From: a virus
Virus genome (UHGV): UHGV-1374678
Direction: 5' to 3' (one strand)
Length of the DNA stretch: 64,000 nt
Within the stretch, counting starts at the first letter, position 1, and every line of letters begins with the position of its first letter. Below, in pieces: positions 19,532 through 29,436 of the stretch. A model generated the notes under the pieces. That model did no database searches. It was not told where the DNA came from and saw only the letters and a list, made by a program, of their open reading frames with translations. Made by a program: the position numbers and the translations under genes.

Positions 19532-19717
19532 ATGTTGATAAACGTATTTACAACATTGATTGGAACAATGATAAAAAAAATAAAAGATATTAGAGAATAT
19601 TCAATAGAGAAAATAATTGATCCTATAACATTAGAACTTCGAGTCAGCATTGAAGATTTCAGACGCTGGCTTGGAGTTGATGAAAAGAAGATTTGGTTAC
19701 ACACTGGAGGAAAATAA
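19532..19717 (+). CDS. hypothetical small protein
   Basis: ORF track only. Confidence 0.35.
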   Translation: MLINVFTTLIGTMIKKIKDIREYSIEKIIDPITLELRVSIEDFRRWLGVDEKKIWLHTGGK

Positions 19718-19719
19718 AA

Positions 19720-20412
19720 ATGGGAACAGTAATAATCACAAAAGACACAACAAAATATCCTATCACAATGATTGGACGATATGCAGGTGTATGTTGGGGA
19801 GCAAATACATCTGACAATGAGAAAAATTATAAACGTGGTTTAGATTGTATCGAAAGTGAACACGGAAGAACATGGGAATTTCCAGACGTATATGCAATTA
19901 TTGATGGATATTCAGCAAAGGTTTTACGTGAATGGTATACACATGTAGGAGGTTTACCAACTAGATTACAAGCATCTACAAGATATATTAATTATTCTAA
20001 GGGTGAAGGGTTCAAATATGTAACTCCACCTACAATTGCAAATAATAAGGATGCCTTGGCAGAATGGTCATTGATGATGAGTAATATTAATGACATGATT
20101 AGCAAATTTATTAATGTGTATAATATTCCGGTCGAAGATGCGACTATGGCATTACCTATAGCATATCAAAGTAAAATGGTAGAAAAACGTAATTTCAGAA
20201 ACGTTGTTGATATGTCATTTCAGAGAACTTGCACAAGAGCATATTGGGAATATAGAAATCAGTTAATGAAGGATTATCTTAATGCATTAAGAGAATATTC
20301 AGAAGAATGGAAGACATTGATTGATATGACATGCAAGCCAAAATGCGAGAAGACTGGATTCTGTACAGAAAAGAAGACATGTGGAAGAAAACCAAGAAAA
20401 GACGAAAAATAG
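19720..20412 (+). CDS. thyX: ThyX-like (Thy1 family) flavin-dependent thymidylate synthase homologue with atypical signature motif
   Basis: Thy1-like architecture (SEHGRTWEF for HETPFEH; REWYTHVGG...STRY aligns to RQWFRHR...SxRY). The RHR motif appears replaced by THV. RBS GGAGGAAAATAAAA ATG at the internal start. Confidence 0.6.
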   Translation: MGTVIITKDTTKYPITMIGRYAGVCWGANTSDNEKNYKRGLDCIESEHGRTWEFPDVYAIIDGYSAKVLREWYTHVGGLPTRLQASTRYINYSKGEGFKYVTPPTIANNKDALAEWSLMMSNINDMISKFINVYNIPVEDATMALPIAYQSKMVEKRNFRNVVDMSFQRTCTRAYWEYRNQLMKDYLNALREYSEEWKTLIDMTCKPKCEKTGFCTEKKTCGRKPRKDEK

Positions 20413-20605
20413 GAGGATATCCATTATGAACAAAAATATCGAAAAAGTAATTTTAAATAATCAGAAAATAATCATGAGGGCATTACGCACAATTGTGTCA
20501 GAAAAATACAATAATGACGATAATTCCAAGTTGGATTGTGACCTGCTTGGATACAGAATTGAGAAAACAGGCGAACTTTTAAGAACATTGGAAGGTGAAA
20601 ATTAA
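20381..20605 (+). CDS. hypothetical small protein
   Basis: RBS AGGAGGATATCCATT ATG; overlaps the thyX-like 3' end. Confidence 0.45.
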   Translation: MEENQEKTKNRRISIMNKNIEKVILNNQKIIMRALRTIVSEKYNNDDNSKLDCDLLGYRIEKTGELLRTLEGEN

Positions 20606-20811
20606 TGAGGGATCCGAATAGAACATACCCATTTTGCAGAGAACTAGCAATCATTTGGAGTGATAAATATCCTGATATGAGATTTGGTCAGCTTATGTAT
20701 AACTTTATTGTTTGGTGTAGCAATACAAAGAAACGTGATATTTTCTTTCCAGAAGAAAAAGAATTTATGGAACTATTTAAAGAGTTTTGTGGAGTGAAAG
20801 ATGATGAATAA
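20605..20811 (+). CDS. hypothetical small protein
   Basis: ATGA overlap coupling with both neighbours. Confidence 0.5.
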   Translation: MRDPNRTYPFCRELAIIWSDKYPDMRFGQLMYNFIVWCSNTKKRDIFFPEEKEFMELFKEFCGVKDDE

Positions 20812-22768
20812 AGTAGATAGAATTAAAGAATTGATTTCAACACTTAACAAAGCGTCAGATGCTTACTATAACAGTGGTGATCCTATTATGACAGACTATG
20901 AATGGGATAATTTGTATGATGAGCTTGTAAAATTGGAAGAAGAAACTGGCGTTGTTTATCCTAATAGTCCTACGCAGCAGGTTGGATATACTATAGTAGA
21001 CAAAATCAACGAAGTAGAACATAACCATCCAATGCTTTCTCTTAATAAAACCAAATCTTCTGGTGAATTAATCAGGTTTGCAGGAAAAAAGGATTGTGTA
21101 TTATCAGTAAAATGCGATGGTTTAACATGCAGTTTAGGTTATAAAAATGGCAAGCTGATCAGCGCAGAGACAAGAGGAAACGGAGTAAGTGGATGCGATG
21201 TATTAATCAATGTTCTCACAATTGCAAACGTGCCACATGAGATTCCGTATAAAGAAGACTTAATTATTGACGGAGAAGTTGTTATTGATTGGAATACATT
21301 TAATAAAATCAACGAAAATCTTCCAGAAGATAAGAAGTATAAACATCCTAGAAACCTTGTATCTGGAAGTCTTACATTACTTGATAGCAAAGAGGCATCT
21401 AATAGAAATATGAGATTCATTGCTTGGAGAGTAATTAAAGGTTTTTCACATAAATCTATGTTTTTTGATTTAAAAGAAGCCGAGAAGAATGGATTTGAAG
21501 TTGTTCCAATGTTTACATATTCAAACAATTCAACTGACAAGGAAAACATTGATGCAATATTAGAAAGAATCAGAGATATGGCTGATGAAGAAAGCATCCC
21601 TTATGACGGAGCAGTTATGGCTGTTGATGATTATAGAATTGCTGAATCAATGGGTCGCACAAATAAGTTCTTCAGACATTCCTATGCTTATAAATATGAA
21701 GATTCTTTATATGAAACAGTTTTAACTGATATTGAATGGAACACATCTAAGACAGGCTTGATTAATCCTGTAGCAATCTTCCAACCAGTCGATTTGTCAG
21801 GTGCTATTACTTCAAGAGCAACGCTTCATAATATTACTTACATTAAGAACATGATGCTTGGTATCGGTGATCGAATTCGTATTTATCGTTCAAATATGGT
21901 AATTCCAAAAGTGCATGATAGCATTGATAAGTCTGGTAATTTCACAATCCCGTCAACCTGTCCTATCTGTGGAAAACCTACAAAGATTGTAAAAGATAAC
22001 AATTCGGAAGTTCTTATGTGTACGAATGATAACTGTGCAGGTAAACTTCTTGGCAAACTTTGTCATGCAGTCTCGAAGAACGCACTGAATATCGAAGGGT
22101 TATCAGAAGCAACAATTCAGAAATTCATTGACCTTGGCTGGTTAAAATCAATCAGAGATATCTATTACTTACATCTTCATAAGATGGACATGTATAAACT
22201 TGAAGGTTTTGGAAGAAAATCAGTAGACAAGCTGCTCAGTTCTATTGAAGATAGCAGAAATAGTGATTTAGTTAGATACATTTATGCACAGTCAATTCCT
22301 TTAATTGGACATACAGCAAGTAAAGCTATCTCAAAAATGTGTGATGGTGACTTAAATACATTTATTGAATATATGTCAAAAGGTGCAAAAGCATTCGGAA
22401 AGATTGATGGTGTTGGTTCTGAAATGGTTAAATCTCTTAGTAAATGGTGGGATATCAACTACTTAGAATTTGTAGATACATCAACAGTATTTACATTTAA
22501 GAAGAAAGAGACAGTAAATGTATCAGGATTAGACTTGACTGGAAAAGTATTTGTAATTACAGGAAGTCTTACTCAATTCAAGAATCGTGATGAAATGAAA
22601 GAAAGAATTGAGAGTCTTGGTGGAAAAGTATCTGGAAGCGTATCTGCTAAGACAACCGCATTGATTAATAATGATATTGAATCTACTAGCAGCAAGAATA
22701 AGAAAGCAAAGAGTCTGAACGTTCCTATCCTCACGGAGAATATGTTTGTTGAAAAATATTTACAGTAA
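20801..22768 (+). CDS. ligA: NAD-dependent DNA ligase LigA
   Basis: Adenylation KxDG (VKCDGLTCSL); N-terminal Ia domain (YY...DYEWDNLYDEL); Zn finger CPICG...C..NC; C-terminal BRCT-like region. Confidence 0.9.
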   Translation: MMNKVDRIKELISTLNKASDAYYNSGDPIMTDYEWDNLYDELVKLEEETGVVYPNSPTQQVGYTIVDKINEVEHNHPMLSLNKTKSSGELIRFAGKKDCVLSVKCDGLTCSLGYKNGKLISAETRGNGVSGCDVLINVLTIANVPHEIPYKEDLIIDGEVVIDWNTFNKINENLPEDKKYKHPRNLVSGSLTLLDSKEASNRNMRFIAWRVIKGFSHKSMFFDLKEAEKNGFEVVPMFTYSNNSTDKENIDAILERIRDMADEESIPYDGAVMAVDDYRIAESMGRTNKFFRHSYAYKYEDSLYETVLTDIEWNTSKTGLINPVAIFQPVDLSGAITSRATLHNITYIKNMMLGIGDRIRIYRSNMVIPKVHDSIDKSGNFTIPSTCPICGKPTKIVKDNNSEVLMCTNDNCAGKLLGKLCHAVSKNALNIEGLSEATIQKFIDLGWLKSIRDIYYLHLHKMDMYKLEGFGRKSVDKLLSSIEDSRNSDLVRYIYAQSIPLIGHTASKAISKMCDGDLNTFIEYMSKGAKAFGKIDGVGSEMVKSLSKWWDINYLEFVDTSTVFTFKKKETVNVSGLDLTGKVFVITGSLTQFKNRDEMKERIESLGGKVSGSVSAKTTALINNDIESTSSKNKKAKSLNVPILTENMFVEKYLQ

Positions 22769-22781
22769 GGAGATATAGAGA

Positions 22782-23345
22782 ATGATTTATGTAATTATTG
22801 GACGCACAGCTAGTGGAAAAGACACGATTGTATCAAAACTAATCAAATCTGGCTGCAAACGTATTGTAACTTACACAAGCAGACCAATGCGTAAGAAAGA
22901 AAAGAATGGTGAGACTTACCACTTTGTAACAAAAGAAGAATTTGAAGCGTTAATTCAGAGTGGATTCTTCGCAGAGTGGAGGTCTTACGACACAGTAGAT
23001 GGTGTTTGGTATTATGGATCATCAATAGATAGCTATGATACAGACGAAGATAGAATCATCATTTTAAATCCGGATGGATTTTCAAAAATCAAAAATATCT
23101 TAGAACCTGAAAAGGTCAAATCAATTTATGTATATTCAAACATAAAAACAATCAGAAACAGATTAAAAAAACGTGGAGATAAGAAAGAAGAAGCTGAAAG
23201 ACGCATTGAGCATGACTTAATTGACTTCAAAGGGCTTGAAAATGAAGTAGATAAGATTGTGTACAACAACGAAGATAATGACATTGACGATGTAGTTCAG
23301 AAAATTCTTTCTTATATAACAGAGAATAAACAAGTGGAGGAATAG
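22782..23345 (+). CDS. guanylate-kinase-like (d)NMP kinase
   Basis: P-loop GRTASGKDT; TSRPMRKKEKNGETYHFV...EF resembles the Gmk TTRxPRxGE..G.DYHFV motif. Confidence 0.7.
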   Translation: MIYVIIGRTASGKDTIVSKLIKSGCKRIVTYTSRPMRKKEKNGETYHFVTKEEFEALIQSGFFAEWRSYDTVDGVWYYGSSIDSYDTDEDRIIILNPDGFSKIKNILEPEKVKSIYVYSNIKTIRNRLKKRGDKKEEAERRIEHDLIDFKGLENEVDKIVYNNEDNDIDDVVQKILSYITENKQVEE

Positions 23346-23349
23346 TTAA

Positions 23350-23544
23350 TTGGTATCAACGACAGCACAATTGGCTAGAGGCTTGCACAACTTAGGGGAT
23401 AATTTTGTAATTGCTGTGGATGAAGATGGTGTGGAATACATCATCGATTCCATTGGCAAAGTGTGTAGACATTATGATAACCCATACGAATATTGTTCAG
23501 CACTTAAGTTAAAGAGAGCAAGTTCTGGCTGTATTAAAAGATAG
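23350..23544 (+). CDS. hypothetical small protein
   Basis: ORF track only. Confidence 0.4.
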   Translation: MVSTTAQLARGLHNLGDNFVIAVDEDGVEYIIDSIGKVCRHYDNPYEYCSALKLKRASSGCIKR

Positions 23545-23556
23545 GAGAATATAGAA

Positions 23557-23790
23557 ATGTATATTAATTTTGCAACAGTTAATGACGTGGCATTGTTCAC
23601 AACAACGTGTGATAAGTACGATGAAGATATAGATATTTACTTTGGTCACATGTGTTTTGATGCAAAATCGCTCGGAGCTAATATGAATCTTATTGGCAAA
23701 GATGCAAAAGTTGTTATTCATACGGATGATGAGTCTGTGAAGAATAAATTTAAAGAGGATGTAAATTTGTGGATTGTAAAGAAAGGGTGA
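23557..23790 (+). CDS. hypothetical small protein (intact paralogue of the frameshifted ORF that follows)
   Basis: RBS AGGAGAATATAGAA ATG. Confidence 0.5.
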   Translation: MYINFATVNDVALFTTTCDKYDEDIDIYFGHMCFDAKSLGANMNLIGKDAKVVIHTDDESVKNKFKEDVNLWIVKKG

Positions 23791-23796
23791 TTAAAA

Positions 23797-24035
23797 ATGT
23801 GGATTCTATTAAATGATACCACAGAGTTGGTTGCATTTAGAAATGGTGCAAGATTCTTTGACGGAACAATCGAAGTGCAGCAGGGCAGATATATTATAGA
23901 TGCCAAGAGTACACTTGCCTGTTTAGTCTTGATCTTTCTAAACCTGTAGATGTGACTATTGCATGTGACAGTGAGAGAGTAAAGGATAATTTCTATGATT
24001 ATGTCAAGAAGTGGAGTGTAGAAGATGTCATTTAG
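23797..24035 (+). pseudogene. frameshifted paralogue of 23557..23790 (two frames needed to read a full-length homologue)
   Basis: Frame 1 gives MWILLNDTTELVAFRNGARFFDGTIEVQQGRYIIDAKSTLA then stops at 23947. The -1 frame continues LDLSKPVDVTIACDSERVKDNFYDYVKKWSVEDVI, aligning to the C-terminus of the upstream gene (NLIGKDAKVVIH...). Confidence 0.4.
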
Positions 24036-24390
24036 ATATTCTGCATACAATACAACAATTTTCAATTGTCCATGTCCATGCTGTCTAACGTTGAAAGAAT
24101 GTAAAGCTATACCCCCATCAACATGTCAAAGGACATTAGATAGATATGTCGATTATTACGAAAACAAGAAAAAAGTAACAAATCGAATAAAGTATTCTGA
24201 AACAAAGAAATCTAAAGCTATCCGTGAAAAACTTGAGAAAGATTCAAAAGACATTGAGAAGTTAATTCTGCAATTATCAAAAGACGGATGTAAAAACGAC
24301 AATAATGAACTTGTTTTTCTCACGTCCAGATATTCATACATAAAAGAATTACTTAAAAAATATTGGAAAGATGGTGAGAAAAATGAGTAG
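24025..24390 (+). CDS. hypothetical protein
   Basis: ORF track; Cys-rich N-terminus, K-rich C-terminus. Confidence 0.45.
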   Translation: MSFRYSAYNTTIFNCPCPCCLTLKECKAIPPSTCQRTLDRYVDYYENKKKVTNRIKYSETKKSKAIREKLEKDSKDIEKLILQLSKDGCKNDNNELVFLTSRYSYIKELLKKYWKDGEKNE

Positions 24391-24979
24391 ACCTAAATTG
24401 TTCTTAGATTTTGACAATACAATCGTAGATACAATTGCAGCAGTTGTGTCTCTATACAATGAAGATTACGCATCTCATGAAGATTTTGTTCAGGTTGATC
24501 CTAAAGATGTCACAAGCTGGGAATTTATTGAATGTAACCTTGCTACATATGAAGAGATAGACAAGTATTTTGGTGATGAAAGATTCTTCCAAAGAGTTAA
24601 GTTGTATCCAAGCACAGGACAAGTTCTCCGTTCATTATCTCACAGGTATGATATTACTATTGTTTCACATGGGTATGCTAATAATTTGAAACTAAAAGAA
24701 GAATGGGTAAAAGATAAACTATTCAAAGAAATCTTTGATAACAGTTGTAATGCTGAATTCATTGGTGTTGATTGGGAGACACATAATGACAAATCTCATG
24801 TAGACATGTCTAATTCTATTTTCGTAGATGATTCTATCAGAAATCTCGAAACAAGTAGTGCAAAATATAAAATCTTATATGGAGAATATATGGATTGGAA
24901 CAATACAAATATTGAGTTTATTCGATGCAAGAATTGGCTCGATTTGAATAATCAGATTTGTCTGATTGAAAGGTTTTAA
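24371..24979 (+). CDS. HAD-family 5'(3')-deoxyribonucleotidase (NT5C-like)
   Basis: DxDxT motif LFLDFDNTIVD; overall NT5C-like layout. Confidence 0.7.
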   Translation: MVRKMSRPKLFLDFDNTIVDTIAAVVSLYNEDYASHEDFVQVDPKDVTSWEFIECNLATYEEIDKYFGDERFFQRVKLYPSTGQVLRSLSHRYDITIVSHGYANNLKLKEEWVKDKLFKEIFDNSCNAEFIGVDWETHNDKSHVDMSNSIFVDDSIRNLETSSAKYKILYGEYMDWNNTNIEFIRCKNWLDLNNQICLIERF

Positions 24980-24992
24980 GGAGGTGTGTGAA

Positions 24993-25169
24993 ATGGTAGT
25001 AACTAAATTTTTATGTTTTTTAGTTGGTGCAGTTGTTGGAGTTATAATGACATGCTTATGTAATGTTAATTATGACGATTCTCATGAAAGAGAATGGAAT
25101 GAACTGAAAAGTGACATGGAAGAATTCGAATTGGACGAAGATTTGAAAGAAACAAAGGAGGGCAAATAA
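24993..25169 (+). CDS. small membrane protein
   Basis: RBS AAGGAGGTGTGTGAA ATG; TM segment FLCFLVGAVVGVIMTCLC. Confidence 0.45.
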   Translation: MVVTKFLCFLVGAVVGVIMTCLCNVNYDDSHEREWNELKSDMEEFELDEDLKETKEGK

Positions 25170-25171
25170 TA

Positions 25172-28100
25172 ATGGTAAGAGTTATTAAAAGGGATTGCTC
25201 TGAAGTTGATTTTGATAAAAATAAAATTTCAACAGCAATCTTAAAGGCTATGAAGAATGGTAGTGGAATTGTCAAACCAAAGATTGCAGAATCTATTGCT
25301 GATGAGATTGAAGAAGAGTGTAAAGATCGAGAAGAGATTGATATTTCTGAGATCGAAGCAATGGTATTTGATAAGCTGATTACCAAAAAACAAAGACTTA
25401 CGGCAAGAGCTTATGAGGGTTATAGAAGTACAAGAGAATTCCAGAGAGAGAATGAGAATACAGTTGACGAGGAAATTCTTGGAATTGTAGAAGCAAACAA
25501 CGAAGAATGGAAAGATGAAAATGCGAACAAAAACCCAGCATTAAACCCTACAATTCGTGATTATATTGCTGGATCTGTAAGCAAAGACGCAACAAAAAGA
25601 TTTTTATTATCTCCAGAAATTATTCAGAGTCATTCAGAAGGAATCATTCATTTCCATGATTCTGATTACTTTATTCAGCATATGCATAACTGCGGATTAG
25701 TAAATCTTGAAGATATGCTTCAGAATGGTACTGTTATTAGTGAAACAATGATTGAAAAGCCACATAGTTTTTCTACAGCATGTACCGTGACTACTCAGAT
25801 CATTGCTCAAGTTGCATCTAGTCAGTATGGTGGACAGAGTATTTCACTTGCACACTTAGCACCATTTGTAGATATTTCAAGACAGAAAATTAGAGAAGAA
25901 GTAGAACATGCGTTGGTTGATATTGTAGATACCGTTCTTGACGGAACAGAATTAGAAAATGTAATTGATGAGATTACAGAAGAACGCCTTAAGAAAGAGA
26001 TTACAAAAGGTGTTCAAACAATTCAATATCAGCTAATTACGTTGATGACAACCAACGGACAAGCACCATTTATCACAATTTTCATGTATTTAAATGAAGC
26101 AAAGAGTGAGAGAGAAAAAAAAGACTTGGCAATGTTGATCGAAGAAACGCTTCGTCAGAGAAAACTTGGTGTAAAAAATGAAGATGGTGTCTATATTGCA
26201 CCTGCATTTCCAAAGCTTATTTATGTTCTTGAGGATGATAATTGTGATGAATCAACTGAATATTGGTACTTAACAGAACTTGCTGCGGAATGTACGTCAA
26301 AAAGATTAGTTCCGGATTACATCTCTGAAAAAGTAATGAAAAAACTTAAGGGAGATGTGTATACGTGCATGGGATGTGTAGACGGGAAAGAAGTTGTTAC
26401 ATATACATATAACAATAATCTTTATGTTGAATCATTTGAAAGAATGTGGAATAGACTTTCTGATAGATTTGAGATTAAACACCAATATAGTGATAGTAAT
26501 CCGAATTTATATATGGATTTGAATGATGTAGAAATCTATGATACAGACAAGGGTTTTGTCAACACAGAAAGGATAATTAGAAACATATCATCAAATTGGC
26601 TTGATATTAATTTTTCAAATGGTAGAAGATTATTATGTACAGAAGACCATCCGCTTACATTGAGAGATGGAAGAACGGTTCATGCTTCAGAGTTAAAACT
26701 AAATGATAAAATCCTTATCAATTCATATCAGTATAACGAAGAAAACATTGTATTTAATGAAGATAAGGCATGGTTATTAGGCTTTATGCTTTGTGATGGA
26801 TGTTATCAAGGTTCTTTATTTTCTTCAATTGCAGCAGAAAATGAAGATGAAATTGCAGATGAATTTTCAGAAACAATGAAGAAATATTTTGATCTCGATA
26901 TTGAAAAGAAATTACAACAAAGAGGTAAGAAAGGAACATATTACGATTTGATTGCACATAGTCAGAATGAAAAAATATCTGTGTATTGTAATTATTTCGC
27001 TAAAAAATTCGAGGGTCTGAATAAGATTGATAGACATGTTCCTAATGAAGTATTTTCATGGAATTATTCGTCAAAACTTGCTTTTCTAGCTGGAATGATT
27101 GATGCAGATGGGTACATTAATAGTTCTCAGAATAAAGGATTTTCTATAGTTCAAATTGGTTCCACAAACAAAGAACTTGCATTACAGCAAATGGCACTTG
27201 CACAGTCTTTAGGTATGCCAGCAAAGCTGTACCATAACCATTACAATAAACGTAACCCAGAGTTGATTAGATACAGAGTTGAGTTTTATCCAACAGATGA
27301 ACTAATTAATTATATTGTATGTAAAAAGAAATATGATAATTATATTGATTCAAATGCATCTAGTTATAATCATGAATCTGAAGTTACTGAAATCAACAAA
27401 ATTAATAAAAAAATGTTTTCTTACGATGTAACAACAACAAGTGAACATTTTGAAATTAGCGGAATTTATAGTCATAATTGTAGATCATTTTTAACTGTTG
27501 ATAGATTTTCTGATAAAGTTGGAAACATTTCTAACGCTAAAAACTTTGATGGAAAACATAAATATTACGGAAGATTTAATCAGGGCGTTGTCACAATCAA
27601 TCTTCCAGATATTGCATTTTCATCTGATGGTGATATGGATAAGTTTTGGGGAATTTTCGAAGAAAGAACAGAATTATGCCATAAGGCTTTAAGGGCTAGA
27701 CATAATCGTTTACTTGGAACTTCTTCTGATATTGCACCAATTCTATGGCAGAACGGAGCATATGCAAGACTTAAAAAACATGAACCAATTGACAAGCTTT
27801 TATTTGATGGATATTCAACAATTTCTCTTGGATATGCAGGACTTTACGAGTGTGTGAAATATATGACAGGAAAATCCCATACAGATGGTGATGTAGGAGA
27901 AAAGTTTGGGTTAGAGGTAATGCAAGCATTAAATGATAAATGTAATCAGTGGAAAGAAGCGGAAAATATTGATTATAGTTTGTATGGAAGTCCAATCGAA
28001 AGCACTACATATAAGTTTGCAAAGTGTTTAAAGAATAGATTTGGAAATGATATTTTTATTAAACTTGATGGATTTGATAGAAATTATATTACAAACAGCT

Positions 28101-28531
28101 ATCATGTTCCTGTATTTGAAAAAATCACAGCGTTTGATAAATTTAAAATTGAGTCAAAATTTCAAAACCTCAGTCCAGGAGGTGCAATTTCCTATTGCGA
28201 AATCCCATCAATTAACGTCAATGTTCATGCGTTATTGGAAGTAATCAAATTTATTTATGACAATATCATGTATGCAGAAATCAATACGAAAGATTGTTAT
28301 TGTGAAGTGTGTGGATTTGATGGAGATATTCCACTTATTGATGATAATAATGGCAAACTTGTATGGGAATGCCCTAATTGTGGTAACACTGACAATACAA
28401 AAATGGATATCGCATTTAGGGTCTGTGGTTATGTTGGTACTGCAAAAAATGGTGGAAATCAAGGAAGATATGGCGACATTCATGATAGAGTTTACCACAT
28501 CAATGATTTCGAATACGAGGAAAACAAATAA
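25172..28531 (+). CDS. nrdD: anaerobic ribonucleoside-triphosphate reductase NrdD (class III), interrupted in-frame by an intein
   Basis: ATP-cone N-terminus; glycyl-radical motif RVCGYVG; C-terminal Zn ribbon CEVCG...CPNCG. 1119 aa because of a 368-aa intein. Confidence 0.9.
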   Translation: MVRVIKRDCSEVDFDKNKISTAILKAMKNGSGIVKPKIAESIADEIEEECKDREEIDISEIEAMVFDKLITKKQRLTARAYEGYRSTREFQRENENTVDEEILGIVEANNEEWKDENANKNPALNPTIRDYIAGSVSKDATKRFLLSPEIIQSHSEGIIHFHDSDYFIQHMHNCGLVNLEDMLQNGTVISETMIEKPHSFSTACTVTTQIIAQVASSQYGGQSISLAHLAPFVDISRQKIREEVEHALVDIVDTVLDGTELENVIDEITEERLKKEITKGVQTIQYQLITLMTTNGQAPFITIFMYLNEAKSEREKKDLAMLIEETLRQRKLGVKNEDGVYIAPAFPKLIYVLEDDNCDESTEYWYLTELAAECTSKRLVPDYISEKVMKKLKGDVYTCMGCVDGKEVVTYTYNNNLYVESFERMWNRLSDRFEIKHQYSDSNPNLYMDLNDVEIYDTDKGFVNTERIIRNISSNWLDINFSNGRRLLCTEDHPLTLRDGRTVHASELKLNDKILINSYQYNEENIVFNEDKAWLLGFMLCDGCYQGSLFSSIAAENEDEIADEFSETMKKYFDLDIEKKLQQRGKKGTYYDLIAHSQNEKISVYCNYFAKKFEGLNKIDRHVPNEVFSWNYSSKLAFLAGMIDADGYINSSQNKGFSIVQIGSTNKELALQQMALAQSLGMPAKLYHNHYNKRNPELIRYRVEFYPTDELINYIVCKKKYDNYIDSNASSYNHESEVTEINKINKKMFSYDVTTTSEHFEISGIYSHNCRSFLTVDRFSDKVGNISNAKNFDGKHKYYGRFNQGVVTINLPDIAFSSDGDMDKFWGIFEERTELCHKALRARHNRLLGTSSDIAPILWQNGAYARLKKHEPIDKLLFDGYSTISLGYAGLYECVKYMTGKSHTDGDVGEKFGLEVMQALNDKCNQWKEAENIDYSLYGSPIESTTYKFAKCLKNRFGNDIFIKLDGFDRNYITNSYHVPVFEKITAFDKFKIESKFQNLSPGGAISYCEIPSINVNVHALLEVIKFIYDNIMYAEINTKDCYCEVCGFDGDIPLIDDNNGKLVWECPNCGNTDNTKMDIAFRVCGYVGTAKNGGNQGRYGDIHDRVYHINDFEYEENK
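26375..27478 (+). mobile_element. intein with LAGLIDADG homing-endonuclease domain inside nrdD
   Basis: Begins with Cys after ...YTCMG; blocks LLGFMLCDGCY and LAFLAGMIDADGYI; ends ...YSHN followed by extein Cys (CRSFLT). Confidence 0.8.
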
Positions 28532-29076
28532 TGAATTATTCACAGATTCGCAGCATGGATATTTCCAACGGGGATGGCATAGGCGTTGCCCTCTTCGTAC
28601 AAGGCTGTAACTTTCATTGTAAAAATTGTTTCAACCAAGATACATGGGATTTTAATGGCGGTACGAAATTCACCAAAGAAACGAAAGAAACATTTCTTGA
28701 ATTGATGGACAAGCCATATATTACAAGAGTCTCATTTCTTGGCGGAGAATGTCTTGCAGGTAAAAACCTTGAAGGAATCTACGATCTTGTAAAAGACGTA
28801 AAAAAAATGCATCCGGACAAAAAGCTCTGGATGCATACAGGGTATAATTGGGAACTAATTTTTTGCCCAATTGTAACACATGATTTTAATCCCGAACGAG
28901 ATCGACTAATTGAGTTACGCCAAGAAATTGTTAAAATGCTTGATGTTTTAGTTGACGGAAAATACATTCATGAATTAAAAGATATGAATTTGAAATTCCG
29001 TGGGAGTAAAAATCAGCGTGTAATTGACGTACAGGAATCACTAAAACGGGACAAAATAGTTCTGTATCTTAATTAA
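28531..29076 (+). CDS. nrdG: anaerobic RNR activating protein NrdG (radical SAM)
   Basis: Cx3Cx2C cluster GCNFHCKNC; typical size; ATGA overlap with the nrdD stop. Confidence 0.9.
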   Translation: MNYSQIRSMDISNGDGIGVALFVQGCNFHCKNCFNQDTWDFNGGTKFTKETKETFLELMDKPYITRVSFLGGECLAGKNLEGIYDLVKDVKKMHPDKKLWMHTGYNWELIFCPIVTHDFNPERDRLIELRQEIVKMLDVLVDGKYIHELKDMNLKFRGSKNQRVIDVQESLKRDKIVLYLN

Positions 29077-29089
29077 ACAAATAATAATA

Positions 29090-29121
29090 AAGAGAACGTA
29101 TAAAATTGCGTTCTCTTATTT
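29090..29121 (+). terminator. rho-independent terminator candidate after nrdG
   Basis: AAGAGAACG-N10-CGTTCTCTT followed by ATTT. Confidence 0.45.
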
Positions 29122-29137
29122 AGAAGGAGAATCAAAA

Positions 29138-29356
29138 ATGGACGAAGAAAATGTACGAACTAACATTCAGCTAAAACAAAAACAACACCTGTATTACGCA
29201 CAAATTCTGCCTTCTGTTGGCACTTACAACGTACTTGAAATGACAGTTTCAACGCTTCATACTTTGCTGTCACAGAAAAACGTGATAAACATCGTTATTT
29301 GTTTAATTATACCGATATTAATAAAACGATTTTTCTGGATAGAACAAAATGTTTAA
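29138..29356 (+). CDS. hypothetical small protein
   Basis: RBS GGAGAATCAAAA ATG. Confidence 0.45.
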   Translation: MDEENVRTNIQLKQKQHLYYAQILPSVGTYNVLEMTVSTLHTLLSQKNVINIVICLIIPILIKRFFWIEQNV

Positions 29357-29436
29357 AGAAGGTAAAAGACGCAGAAGCTCATGGTAAGAAAGTAAGCAAT
29401 GAAACTTATTATGAAGAAGATTAGGAGAGATAAACA

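Noticed and set aside
21139-21597. ORF 21139..21597 - inside ligA
   Set aside because: Antisense to the strongly supported LigA CDS.
27498-28610. Several small ORFs on both strands inside nrdD and nrdG
   Set aside because: Overlap conserved catalytic regions of NrdD and NrdG.
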